Below are positions 50,349 through 63,978 of a DNA stretch of 64,000 bases, in pieces. The stretch spans positions 13,330,001 to 13,394,000 of the forward strand of contig NC_090353.1 of assembly GCF_035084215.1 (NCBI RefSeq). Direction: 5' to 3'. The notes beneath the pieces were generated by a model. That model had not been told where the DNA came from and made no database searches. It saw only the letters and a program-made list of their open reading frames with translations. Position numbers and translations under genes: made by a program. How positions within the stretch are numbered: the first letter of the stretch is position 1; each line of letters opens with the position of its first letter. The stretch comes from Heptranchias perlo. Taxonomy: Eukaryota.

Positions 50349-51990
50349 CTTAAATCAGAAAATTTAAATACAAGAATCAAATGAGGTACATAAAACTGAA
50401 AGGATCGTTACTTTAGTGGACGACAAAAGCAGTTCCACCCCTGTGCCTAAATGTTCTTCCTCCTCTCCTGATGGGGATGACTCACGCTGGGGAACTGCTT
50501 GCCCTCTAACATCTCACAGTGTATTCTTCACGTGTGACCTTGAACAATGAGTTCAACTGTGAGAGGCATCACAGCCAAGCTCAGTCCTGTCCTATTTGAC
50601 AACCACATAAGCACACTTACCATCAGGGTCACTGGCTAGTAACGAGGAGTGGGAGGCCTGGCTGACTTTTTCCGTCCCTCGTGGAGGGGTGTTGTCAATT
50701 TAACACTCCTGACGCTACCAACTAAAGCTAGTTAATGCAGCACAACTGAGGAATTTAGCTTGAGACATTTCTGGTCAGTGCTTTCAGTAATTGAGCCACC
50801 AGTACAGCTTACAAAACCGCAGTTATTGATAATTAGCTCTGCCATTTCAGCAACATAAATGTACAAGGACAAAAAAATTGTGTAGTATAAAATTGAAAGT
50901 GCATTCTCTGGACTGTACAGAGGTGCCAGCAAGAGAATCTAAGTACTTTTCAAGAGAACCTCTGAGCTCACAGTAGACTACAACTCCTAACACAAAAATA
51001 AAACCAAAAATCCATTTAGGAAGAAAAAAAGCTTACTGTTAAATTACTCAATAAAATGGACTCTGAACTACCATTGCTTCTGGAAGCTTCCATCCGAAAC
51101 CATTGTTCTTTTTTCCTGCCGTGTACCTCATACTAGGAAAAGTAAGTTTCCCTGTATATTAAAGCGAAATTACGTCTTTTTTTTAAAAAAGTGATTGTTC
51201 TTTTGAATGCAGTTTTCTCTTCTTACCCTTTTATTCAGTTTCCCCATACACCTAGCCAAGATGGCAACCTGCAAATTGCCACTAGGCGTCACGCAGCACC
51301 ATTCTGAAATAGTATCAAGGAAAAATGTTAGAGTGAGTAACTCAGATTACTTCCTTGTGGGGAAGCATCCAGCCTTCACAGTACATCCAGACAGGGGTCA
51401 GAGCTGGTTAACAACGTGTGGGGGAATCGCTAGAACTAACCTTTTGTGAACAATTCTGAGGCACAACAAGCTAGGACTCTAATGTGCCAGTTCTTAAATG
51501 AAGTGCCACTGCCGTGCCAGTTCTTAAATCAAGTGGCTCATTATCTCATTCGGTTTTTTTCTGCTCTCCTTCTTTAAGGTCCATGTCCCTTTGGATGAGG
51601 ATAGAGGAGCAAACCAAGCAAGGTGACTGTGGGCAGCCTCAACTAACTCTCCTTCCCATTAACCCTCCAGTCCTGTGGGAGAACCTCTCATTTCCACCCA
51701 ACACTTATCCCTCTCCCCTCCCCTAGCTGAGACCAAGAATTTATTCTGTGATATACAATGCAAACCACTGCCGATCTACTCTGTGCAGTAATGTACTAAT
51801 ACAACACTATACAATGAGTGCATCTGCCCAGGTCTCTTAATAACAAAAAACATGATTTACAAGTGATGAAGCAACAAAAAAAAAAAATCCAATTTTGACG
51901 GTTTTGGTCCCAAAAGCCCTGGCCTACCTCTGACCTTCAAAGTCTGGTTCCTACTGATAAAATTATCACTAACCAAAATACTTCACTTAC

Positions 51991-52134
51991 CAAAGTTTGA
52001 TTCTTCACCCAGATCCTTCCCAAATTTTATCATAGATTCTCCAAGAAGCCCTTCTGGTTGAGGGTAGCCTGGGTTTTTCACCTGTCCGCGAATTTTCGAC
52101 ACTGTGTTCAGCATTGTTAGTTTAGCTCTGGATG
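51991..52134 (-). CDS. SH3GL1: Endophilin-A2 exon 4 ([48 protein letters not shown])
   Basis: 144 nt, phase 1-1, acacag| and |gtaagt. [21 protein letters not shown] is characteristic of SH3GL1. Confidence 0.95.
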
Positions 52135-53759
52135 CTGTGTAAAGATGTAATGGGTTAACTTTGGCAATCAAAAGGACTTAAAGGATTCAAACTACAATAC
52201 CAGGCAATTTCATCCAGCGGAAAGTCTGACAACTTACAAACACAAGTCCTCACATAAACAATGCAAGAAACATGGAATAAAAATTTTAAAAAGACAGTAT
52301 AACTTCATATCTTCATGAAACGCAATGTTGCCCCTAGGATTTCCATGAAGGGCAATGTTAGCGTCTGAATTTTCGTACTATGCTCACTTGAGCTGAAAAA
52401 CCTAGCAATACAATTATGCACTCTAACCTTCCAAATTTGGGTGCGTCAGGAGAGAGCATTTTGAGCTGTATACTCTGGTGAATTACAGGTTTTGACACTG
52501 GTGGTAGGTACAATTTGAAATCATGAATTAAGAGTTCCACACAAGAAAGGTAATGAACCCACTGAAGCTGCTTTTATCCTTTGGGTGCTGCTGACTGTAC
52601 TCGCAGGTCTTGCAGAGCCAGCAATAACCAAAAGCTAAATGCACCGGGTTTTTTTTTATGACCGTCTGCCCAAAGATGTTCAGCTGTTTAACTTGAGGTA
52701 CGAGTAATTACAAGCCTGTCCCTGGTAGTGCTGGGAGCACTTTGAGATGAATTGTAGCCCTTTTTATATTGGTGTCAGATGGCTATTTGCACCGCTGGTT
52801 CCCAAAGCACAGGTCTCACTCATCTGGCAGCAACCCCAATGTAAACATGCCAGATTTGCTAAATCCAGCTACCAGCAAGATCTCATAATAAAGTGAGTCT
52901 TTCCAGCAGCTGTATTTAGAAAATCTGTCAGGTTTACATTGAGTTTGCAGTTGGCTGCATGAGACCCACACTTTGGGAAGTAGCGGCACACTGACACCAA
53001 TATAAAAGGGTAGCAAGAGTATTATAGAATCAAATAGCACAGAAGGAGGCCATTCAGGCCATTGTGCCCGCGCCAGCTCTTTGAAAGAGCTATCCAATTA
53101 GACCCACTCCCCTGCTCTTTCCCCATGAACCTGCAAATTTTTCTTTTAACAGATAATAAATATATTGGATAACAATAAAGCAAACTGGCTTGTGCAAATT
53201 TCCCTAAACAATATTGGAACAAATACAATAAATAATTCCAGTGACAACATCGCTAAATGATGTAAAGCCAACAGGAACACAGGATTTCACTTTTTCAAAT
53301 GTTCTTGTCTGGATAGTAATTAGAAACAGGAACCCAGTCTGATTTCTTCTTTGCTGGAGCAGGTCTGTTACAAGCTTAGGGTCTTGTACCAGACAGACTA
53401 TCTAAGACAACAGTTAGTCACTCCCATAAATGGTATGAGGGTATTGCGGTTAGGGGTATGACCTTACTTCGCAATATCTAAATATTCAAAACTGTAACCC
53501 GGGGTGGGGGGGAAACAACAGTATCCCCCTTATGATCTGAACTGGTTATTAGTGTCATTCATATATAAGCTCAATCTCCCCAAGGTAGACTGAGCAAAAA
53601 CTTGAGATGAGCCCAGATACAAATTGCTCAGCTACTTTATTGCAGTGAGTGAACAGTCAGAGCAATAGTTATGATAAGATTCATTTAGTTCAATCAGTAC
53701 AACTTGTCATTGCATAATACAAACTAATGAACACACTACGCTTCCCCACATCGGTAGGT

Positions 53760-54146
53760 CAACTTGCTTAGAAAGCGGCCTGCAGTTGTTTTGTAGACCC
53801 AGACCCCTGCTCCTTGCAACTCTACAAAATACTAAAATTGTTCCAAGTTCTTGGGCCGCTTATGTGCTGGTTAGGCTGCTCAAGGCTGGAAGTGCCAGTT
53901 GGACCTTGTGATGGGCAAAAGAATTTAGGATCTGTGTCTGAAATGAGCACAGGAGCCTCATTCCAATATTGAAATGAGGCCTGTGCTCATTTCAGGCTGC
54001 TGCCAGGGCTGCCTTAAAAAAAGGCCCCAACTAACTTAGCAGCAGCCTGAACTCCCGTTCCGATCAGGCCTCTGCACTGGTAAATTGGTCATCGTTGCAC
54101 GCGATTTAGGCCCATAAAACGGGCACAATATTAAATTTAAGCCCCT
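53760..54146. mobile_element. Palindromic MITE-like element
   Basis: Central near-perfect palindrome at 53938-53995 and an end reading aatttaagcccc. Similar-style GC-rich segments at ~265-690 and ~58300-59018 (the latter ends gcaaaatctggccc). Confidence 0.45.
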
Positions 54147-56789
54147 ATGTGTATATAGTCACTATGGGATACATTTACTGTCTCATGTCCTAGAATTTTG
54201 TTGTTGTATAGGTTTTATGAAAGAAAGGAATCAAATTTTGAAGCTGAGGGCTTTTAGTTCTAGGAGCATTAAAGCAAAACAGATAGTGTACTGATTTTGA
54301 AGTGTTAGATAAAAGTTCTATTCAGTATACATGGTACTATAAATCCTACCATAGATGTACTGTAAGTCGCCAAGACCAGGCTTTACAATGCTACCTCCCC
54401 AATGTACACAACAAGCCAGAAATGGCTATCAGCATCGACCAACATATGCATCCCATTGGGAGTTCGGTGTTTATCTTGTTTTAAACTAAATTCACTGATG
54501 GCCTATTGAGTAAATACACCACCCTAGTGTAGCACCATCGTACAAAGCAGAAAGTCCCAGGGTTGATCCCCAGTTTGTGCTGAATTAGCTGTTTTCAGTA
54601 GCTGGATTTCCTGCTCTTGATTATTATCCAGTAATCCCTGTTGGAGAAGTAGGTCTTTGGCAGCATGAGGCAAGAACAGGATTGGACTTGGCTGTACTGC
54701 ATTCCATGGTTGAACAGCCTGTCAACATTCAATATTTAGGCTCACACAACAACCACTTCAATGAGGCACTGGGAGGCTGTCAGCCCCTGGAGAACCATAA
54801 ACAGTAAGAGTCAGCATCTTCAGGTGAGAAGGGGAGAAAACCACAAGGTACATCTGACCATAACAGCACAGGATTTGAACAATCAGAAGTTTTTTCCTGT
54901 AATGCAGCAAACCCCTGCAGCATGGTAACCACATTTACACTGTGTAATTTTTTGTCCTCCGTTTTAAGCGGGCTCAGCAAAAGTATTGATTAAACATTGG
55001 CAGAAAAATTCAGTTTCTTTCGGTAGGCACTATTTCTTTAGCCAGGATTTTTATTTGACTGGAGAAGGGGGAGGGGGTGGGTAGAGGAGTAACCACATGG
55101 GGAGAATGGCCAACAGACACGGTAAGGGAAGAAACCAGGAAACCAGTATATTGTTAGCCAAGAATTTGAACGCCCCTGGAGACAAAATGCAGACAAAATT
55201 GTGTTGTTTTTTGCAGAATAAAACTCCATTTATAATTTTGTCACATCTGAAAGGCTTTCCAATTTTCAAGATTTTTTGTATTCTGTACAATATTGAGCTT
55301 CAGGAATGCACTGAAAATTTTACAGATGATCCATGAGGAAATTTATTCTAAAATCTGAAAAGGAAATTCAGCACTGAATCCTCAGAGTTCTGCATTTCCT
55401 CCTTAGCCCTTTGAGAACATAAACCTGTTTCTCATTTGCTGACAATATTCAATAAATGCAGTTATAAATCATAATGCAAGGCTTCAGGGTAGAAGAACAA
55501 TGCTTTATTAACAATTTTGATACTGAATAAGGCCAATATTTTGTTTCTAATATTCTCAATCTGGTTACTTTTTACAATGAGGAAACCAGCTACTCCACAG
55601 TTCAATCTTTGACTAAGTGACAAAGAACACAGAGTGCAGCTCAAGGGAGCAATATTTGTACAAGGTGCGGGCAGGACTGTACATAATGCAGTTGTGGCTT
55701 TGTTCATGTTTTATGGCCTTAAGTCCACAAGTTGAGAGCTCTATTGCAACCAAAGTAATTACAGCAATTATTATTTTGAGAAACAATCCAATTTTCTTCC
55801 TCCCCCTCCTCTTGAAGGTGCCAATTCATGCTAGGGTACAGTTCTATGGAACCCAGCTGTCCTGAAGTACCATTCTTACGAAGTAGTTATTTTTTTATGT
55901 GCAAGGCTAGACAGCAAGTGTCAGCAGGCTACTCACCCATGGGACATCACAGTTGAGCCTAATTCTGTCCACACATGCATTTTCCAGCAGGATTAACTGG
56001 ATAGTGATCAGGAACAGGAATACTGACTGATTTTCTCCTTCCCAGCCCAGAGGTAATTTGTAGAACTCCCATTGCTGCACCAACTAGAAATCAATTAACA
56101 CAGAGACCAAGGAATGATTTAAAATTATCCTTAAACTTTTTTTGGGCAGGTTAAATTTGTTCATTATGTCAGTGCTGAGAATGGAGCAACTTCCATTTTT
56201 GGCATCCACACAGACAGCAGCACAATCAGTTGCAGAAGCTCTCGAGTGCTGAACAATATGTTAAGTCGCTCAAGCAGTAAGCCTCAACTAAAACGAGTAG
56301 ATGTGGCACAAAATGGGTGATTCCTCACTCTCTATTATTGCTAATTAACTGTCATTTAGTTGAATCTACACAGGTCTGTAGTTGTGAAAATAGCTCCAAA
56401 TATCCTGCTGTTCACTTTTCAATTATATGGTTTAGCAAAAGGCCCCTGGATAATGTGTCTCAATTTATACAAGTGGCTCTTTCTCAATTAACAAAGTTAC
56501 TCCCGCTCAAATGCGAAGTATATTTACTTGACAATTTTCACCCAACATCATGTCTTTAGCTTGTGATAAAGGAGAATATACAATTCAAAAAGATGATTTA
56601 AGTTCCCCAAAATGGACAATACACCGATATTCACCAATTTTTTCCCCTCTCCTTTCCTGAAGGTGTTGACTCTTGAAATACAGTTTGACAGGCATGTTTA
56701 CCTCCATATTTTTCATATGCAAGCCCAGATAGTGCGTGTCAGCAGGCTATTCATCTGTTTCAGGCATTATAGCTGTGTGCGATCCTGTT

Positions 56790-57340
56790 CCCACCTGATG
56801 TACATCAATAATTTGAATATAGAGCCAGGGGGAGTGGTATTCAAATTTGCAGATGATACTAAAATAGGAGGCGTGGTAAATAATTCTGAGGACCAAATGG
56901 AAGCTGCAAGAGGATATTGATAAGATGGTGAAATGCGCAAAAAAGTGGCAGATGGAGCTCAATGTCAGTAAATGTGGGATGGTAGATTTTGTTAAAAAAA
57001 ATATTTTGAATGGGGGATGTGGAACAGCAGAGGGATTTGGGTTCATGACATTAAAAGCAGCAGTGGATAAGGCCATAAAGAAAGCTAATGGAATACTGGG
57101 TGTTATGGCAAGAGATATGGACTAAACGACAAGATGTAGTGGGAATCTATATAAAACCTTAGTAATACCACAGTTGAGTTCTCATCAGGTCTCGCCTTAG
57201 TCTTCTCTTTTCCAGAAAAAAAGAGCCCCACTCTGCTCAATCTTTCCTGATAGTTGAATCCTCTCAATTTTGATAACACCTTCGTAAATCGTTTCTGCAT
57301 TTACTCCAGTGCTTCAATATCCTTTTTGAGGTATAGAGGC
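56790..57340. mobile_element. Two abutting CR1 fragments in opposite orientation
   Basis: + strand KFADDTKIGG..KWQMELNVSKC (to ~57175), then - strand QKRFTKVLSKLRGFNYQERLSRVGLF. Confidence 0.7.
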
Positions 57341-60212
57341 CTTCTGAAAGACCAGCACATTGAGGACAAAGTGTGTAGGATGATTCATTTGGAGCTTGAG
57401 AGAACAGGAGAGGAATTATGACCATTATAACATCTACAGAAGGAGTGACAAAACAGACAGCTGATAACGGTAGCTGTAGCTGTCTTACAACAGAAGTGCA
57501 CTCATGAAAGCTGTACTGCTAAGCATCGTAGCTTAGATGCCAATTGCCAGAACAGACAACTTTTGAGCAGCCTTACCTGCATGCCCACTTTTGTTCACCA
57601 AAATTTGCCTTTTTACTGCTTGGAGCTGAGTCATCCCAGAAGGATAGAATTTTATTGTACATTGCAAGGAGCTCCACATGCTTGTAGGTGAAAGTACTGG
57701 GTTATATTTCGTAGCAGGTAAGTGAAAGACAATCCATTTTTTCTTTAATCTCACCTTAAATTTGCAAATGAGGGTTAGTGTCCAGGAAGGTTTTAGACCT
57801 CACTTTGAAGGAATGTTCTTCCCTAATTCAAAATAGTTATTCACACAAGATAGTCAGAGAGCATACTTAGCAAAGAAATTGTGACTTCAGAAATGGTGTT
57901 CCTGCTGCACTAACAGAGAAAGGTCCCAGCAGTCATTAAGGTAAAATATAATGACCACAGAAACAAGTCCAGGTGTTTTTAGCTATTTCTTGCATTGCAG
58001 TTTGGAGAAATAAGCAGATAGTTAGAAGTTATTGCTACAGATAAACTAGTTACAATAATTTGCCACCTTTGAAAGTCATTTCTAAAGAACGTGAACTTTC
58101 TTTCCCCCTCTTGATTATACTCTGAAGCAGCTTGGGTGCTTTTCAGGATTTTTTTTTCCCCACAGAAATCAAAACTGAATTGCTGAATAGGGTTCCAAAA
58201 CAGTAATAAAAATCCTGAAGTCCAATTTAATAAAAAGGAATTTAACTTATTCAGTTGCCGTAGCAGTGGCCCTAGTCACAGGCCTTAATTCAAAGTATGG
58301 TGTTTTTACAGTTTTTATGGGGCGTGTCGGATTTTGAGAGTTTAGCGGGCTGGCATACATGTACTGCTAGAATTTGCTGTAGCATGGCATCTAACAGGCG
58401 TCTACACGGAGGGAAAGAGGGCAACTCGGATCTGAGTGAACAGGACAACCAACAGGGTATCTCCTTAACCAACCAGATTGATGGATTGAGAAATAAACAG
58501 CACAAAGACTGAGAAGGAAGTTGAATTTATCCATTGTAAATTACATGTCAAATCAGGTACAGAAACAGAAATGAGGGAAAGAACGACTGGATTAAGAGTG
58601 AGAGAAAAAAGAAACGGCAAAAATTTTTTAAAAAATTAACTCTTAAAATCTCCAACAATTAATATCTGAAGGAATGAGATGCCACCTTGTAATAGTTAAT
58701 TTTCAGTGCCAGAGGGGTTGACTGGCAGTAATTAACAATTATCATATCGTCAAAATGGTACTCACACTTGAAATGACAAGACTTAACTGTGGTGAGCTGG
58801 TTTTGTATCTACCACCCAAATACAGTAACTTCATGGCATTCGATGGTGAGGCACAATGAGATGCCATTTTTGAGAAGATAACGGCCGAGAAGCGCAACTT
58901 TTGGATATTCATGTTTAACTGCGCATCTGCCCCTCGCCTGAAGTTGCTGTACCATTTGCGCATAAATAGCGGTGAGTGTCATTAGCCTCACCGTTAATTT
59001 GACAGCAAAATCTGGCCCGTAGTAAACTATTAGTGGCTTGGTGTTCATACTGGTTCCTTGTTAACTATATATTGTAACAGCCAGGAGCACCTTCAAACAA
59101 ACTGTGGAAGACTAAAACAAGATCAAACATAACTTCAACTGTCCTCAGACTGCGTCTTTCTTCTGCACAATTATATTAACAGCACGGGGAATCTGAAGGA
59201 GCCGCAATTGTAACCGAGTAAAATGATGTGACTGGTAAACAACCCAGACACTCCAGAATGTATGTAGCCTATTGACAGCTGCAAGCGGTTACTTGAATTC
59301 CTACAGTTATTATAGGTATTGATCATTTAAAACATTTTTTTGAGGCTGTACCACTAAAATATTTTCCTTAAAGACATAAGAAATTGCAGTGAAAAGGACA
59401 ATTATGATGAGTGAGTGTAGCCAGAAAAGCACAGTCAGCATTTACTATAACACAGCCTTCACTATCTAGTTTAATCTAGTCTCTATAAAAAAAGACTAAA
59501 TTCACTTCAACATTCCTAAACAGCATTGCAGTACATTGTTCCATGAAGTGCCCATTGGTGGTCCCTCTCACTGAACATCACAGGGACTTAAGTGTAATAA
59601 TGATCAATAAGTTATGTGAATGGCTAAAGTCCCTAGTGCAGGACACCAAGGCTGAAAAGAGTAAAAGAGAAGACAAGGTAAATCAAAATGTAGTGGTTAG
59701 GTATCATGTTTGGGTTTTAAAAACATGCAGACACAAGACAAGGCTGAGGGAGACAAGAAGTCCACAGTTATGAGGTCCCGAGAAAGGAGGAGTTAGAGTA
59801 CAGGATAGTTCTAAGACTTTTGATTTCAACACAACAACAATGCAGGGAGGAGGAAGAACATGTAGCATGATGTATTTACAGCTTAGTAGGAAGAGAAGTT
59901 TCTGCAAATGTGTGCACAAATATAGCCTGGGGATCCCCCCTCTCAGGCATTTAATCTCTTTGTGGGGAAGCACTCAAACTCTGTTCCGTACCATTCCACA
60001 GTACCGTGGATGAGATAGGAAATCAGCAATGGAGGGATTGACTTCACTCCCAATGCTCCAGGTGTTGGTGTTACACCCTGCCCCAAAACATTTTTTTTTA
60101 AAATAGCATTTTGAAAAGCAAATAAGGAAACACTGAAAAGATAAACACTAGAAGTGCCTGATTAATTTAGGTCTATACACCATTTACAGCTCAACATTTC
60201 AGGAAGTCTTAC

Positions 60213-60285
60213 CTGGATTTGGCTGCAAGTATTCCGTAGTTTTTGTTAGGACATCGGCGACAGCTTTACTGGTAAGATCCACTTT
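60213..60285 (-). CDS. SH3GL1: Endophilin-A2 exon 3 (KVDLTSKAVADVLTKTTEYLQPNP)
   Basis: 73 nt with ttttag| acceptor and |gtaaga donor on the - strand. Carries the endophilin N-BAR EYLQPNP motif. Exons 1-2 were not found and presumably lie beyond the window end. Confidence 0.93.
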
Positions 60286-61574
60286 CTAAAACCAAGCAAC
60301 AGAAGGGTTACCAATAACTATTGCACTAAGTGTTACAGCGTCAAGAAGCCACAACAGAAGAATCATACGAATGTCACTGAACTGTAAATTGGAACATGCA
60401 CATCATTCAGTTCACCCATGTAATTGACTTCATGCACATGTGCAAAAAGACTTCCACACAGCTCACTCGCCTAATGCCTCACTTAGTCTACAGAGCTATG
60501 AAGAAAAGTGTTTCTTAATTCTTATTTGTGCGAGGGTAGCAAACAATGAAGAGTTTTACACAGAACTGATGAGACAATCTTGAAGCCCTATCTAAACCAA
60601 TTACCACACATTTCTGAGTTGAACAGCGTCAAAGTTATCTGGCACCGTCATATATGGGATCAACTTCTACATTCAACGACTTACCTCAAGTCCTTGTTTT
60701 ATACCAAGTATTGTGGCATTTGGCTAAAGTCTTGTGTTAACTTCTGTGCACTAGGTCTTTCCCCACCACCCCCCCAAAATGAACTGTTTGAATGGAGTTT
60801 GAAAGGATAAGAAATGGGGCTGGAGGGTACAGCGATAGGTCTGAAGGTGCCACTGCATAGAAGAGCAGCTAATTTCCAGCAATCTTCTCATTTGCAATTC
60901 AGTTCCCTTGAGCCATGTCACATCCACCAGCTTCGCTGGTCGCCTGCTAGTGCTGCTGTGGAACAGTCAGTTGGGAAGTACCCAACAGTGTTCCAGACAG
61001 ATCTCCTGCCTTTCTGCGGGGAAACAACTAGTCTCTGTACAACAGATCAGGAACGCGCTGTGGGGGAACTATAAATACAGTGAGCCCAGAGTTCACCATC
61101 CCATCGCACAGTGCTACTCTACAGGTGTACAATTCACCAAATGGGTATCCCACGTACAAAAATAAAAGAACGAACAAGTACCCGGAACAAGGAAGTACCG
61201 AGTGGAATTGTAAACTTGGTTTGGGAACGGCAAACAAAGGGGTTGAAATCTATTTGATTGGAGGAAAAAAGGTACAATTAAATAGAAAGGACAGATTTAC
61301 TGAGATTCATGAATCTGTATCAGTGTGTAAGTGCAGTGCCGCAATAAGTCATGCAGGCTAGAAGATCTCAAGTTCCACCCCTGGTCTGTGGTCAGTTTTT
61401 TGATATCAGCCGGTGTAGCATCCGAGATGCTACAGTTAGCCTTTGCACCCCGAGGTTAGGGAGAGGATTTGGGAAATCAGTTTAGTTTTTTAACCCCAAT
61501 CACTATGTACCGACCCCTGCTGGAAAGTGCACATGTATGGGTGTCAGTTGATGTTATGGAAGTGAAATAGGCAT

Positions 61575-62290
61575 TCTTTGTGATGGAGAGGTAGAAACCT
61601 GATTGGACATACTCAAACGGAATCGTGGGAAAGATAGGCATGGATTTTGGAGGCAAGAACACATTCAAGGACTTGGGAAAGGGCAGAAGGTTGGAGATGG
61701 GCCAGTAGTTTGCAAGGGTAGAGGGGACAAGGGTTGTTTTTTTGGAAGGGGGGGGTGGTGGGTGTTGATTAGAGAGGGGGACAGTATGCGAGGAGAGGAA
61801 ACCATTTACAATGTCAGCCAATATGGGGGCCAGGAAGAGATGTTAGGTGGTCAGCAGTTTCGTGGGAATGGGGTCAAGGGAGCAAGAGGTGGGTCTCATG
61901 GACGAGATGAGTTCAGAGTTGGGCATGAAGGGAGACTGGAGAGAAAGCAGAGAGAGATGCAGGTTCAGCGATAGAACAGGGGTGGGCCTGGTGGGAGAAT
62001 TTGGCTTGTGGGCAGGGGAAAGGGGGATACAAAAGAGTCAGCTGAACAAATGGTCTTCATCTTGGTCACTTAGAAGTCCATGAGCTCCTCACACTTGTTG
62101 CTGGAGGGTGCAAGGGATAGGAGAGAGGGATAAGGAGACAGTTAGTAGTGGAGAGCAGAAGTCAGGGGATATCTTTGCTCTCCATGATGATCTTCGAGTA
62201 GTGGGTGGTTTTGGCAAAGGAGAGTGAGGCCTGTTAGTACTACATGTGGTACAGCCAGATCTGGTGATGATGGCGAGACCAGTTTTGCAG
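61575..62290 (-). mobile_element. L2 LINE ORF2 fragment
   Basis: Homologous to 2700-2859 plus 4642-5200 (LANYWPISNL, MADIVNGFLSS.TVP), without the hAT insertion. Confidence 0.8.
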
Positions 62291-63154
62291 GTGATTTACA
62301 TAGGAAATTACACAGAATCTACAGTACAGAAACAGTCCATTTGGCCTAACTGGTCCATGCCGGTGTTTGTACTCCACACGAGCCTCCTCCCACTCTAAAT
62401 TAAATTATTGCTTCAAGTGAAAGCGCCAGAAATTGCCCACCAACACAATGGCCAGACTCACATGAAGAATGACCACTTGGGCAAGGTGTTGAAAAGCTGC
62501 AGTTACTACAGAACCATACCCCAGGAAAATTCTGTGCCTTCAGGAGTAGAGGGAAGAGACTAGGGGAAAAAAAGCTCAGTGAAATAATGGTTTATGGTCA
62601 TGTGCAATGGTAGCTGGCAAGTGAGCTTGTGAGTGTTGTATTAGTTTCTCATTGTGTTAAAGCATTGTTGTTTCACAACTGTTGCACATTAAAAGTTAGG
62701 ATCATTCATATTTAGAAGGGATATTTGAAACATCTGGAGTAAGTAATGAGAACAATCATTATTTAACAACCTGGTATTAAAAAGACCATTTGTTACAGGC
62801 TATTCTGTCCAAGATGAATGTATGGGTTAAATGCAGTATTCTTCTGTATGCATACTTAAGCTAGCCGTACTTGGCTAGACACTTCTCCGTAAGGAATCAA
62901 GTGTTTTGCTTTTTAACATCCAGTAGATAGCAAGAAAGGCAATTCTTTTCACCGTGAAACCTGTTCTACTTGTTCTCACCAGTTCACTCCATCTGTCTTT
63001 CCTTTGCATCACAAACTTCACATCCTCAGGTTTGATTAAAAACTTACTTAGTGCACATGCAATGTTGAACCAATTGCAGAAACCAAGTGCATTTTAAGTG
63101 AAGCAGCTGGGCTTTGGTAAATTGTCACTTTTTGGCCCAAGACTGGATCATGAC

Positions 63155-63978
63155 ATGGGGAAAATGCTGGAGTCTATAATTAAAGATAGGGTGACTGAAC
63201 ACTGAGAATTTTCAGTTAATCAGAGAGAGCCAGAATAGATTTGTGAAAGGTAGGACGTGCCTGACAAACCTGATGGAATTTTTTGAAGAGGTGACTAAAG
63301 TAGTGATGATGTGGAGATGCCGGTGATGGACTGGGGTTGACAAATGTTAGGAATCTTACAACACCAGGTTATAGTCCAACTGTTTTATTTGAAAATCACA
63401 AGCTTTCAGAGGTTTTCTCCTTCGTCAGGTGAATGTGTAGTAGTGGACAGGGGAATGTCAATGGATGTTATTTATATGGACTTCCAGAAGGCATTTGATA
63501 AGGTCCCACATAAGAGACTGTTAGCTAAGATAGAAGCCCATGGAATCGAAGAAAAAGTACGGACTTGGTTAGGAAATTAGCTGAGCGAAAGGCGACAGAG
63601 AGTAGGGATAATGGGTAAGTGCTCACATTGGCAGGATGTGACTAGTGGAGTCCCACAGGGATCCGTCTTGGGGCCTCAATTATTCACAATATCTATTCAT
63701 GACTTAGATGAAGGCATAGAAAGTCTCATATCTAAGTTTGCCGATGACACAAAGATTGATGGCATTGTAAGCAGTGTAGATGAAAACATAAAATTACAAA
63801 GCGATATTGATAGATTAGGTGAATGGGCAAATGGAATTCAGTGTAGACAAATGTGAGGTCATCCACTTTGGATCAAAAAAGGATAGAACAGAGTATTTTC
63901 TAAATGGTAAAAAGTTAAAAACAGTGGACGTCCAAAGGGACTTAGGGGTTCAGGTACATAGATCATTGAAGTGTCACA
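63155..63978 (+). mobile_element. CR1 LINE RT fragment interrupted by a PLE mini-insert
   Basis: DVIYMDFQKAFDKVPH, SGVPQGSVLGPQLF and KFADDTK. Confidence 0.9.
63306..63438 (-). mobile_element. 133-bp PLE 3' terminus carrying a hammerhead motif (63396-63432)
   Basis: Homologous to 38876-39003. - strand UCAC-CUGACGA-A-GGAG(AAAAC)CUCU-GAAA-GCUU-GUGA. TSD AGTAGTG at 63299-63305 and 63439-63445. Confidence 0.85.

Noticed and set aside
22840-60285. Assignment as SH3GL2 or SH3GL3
   Set aside because: Diagnostic residues, the extra linker exon and MPND synteny all favour SH3GL1.
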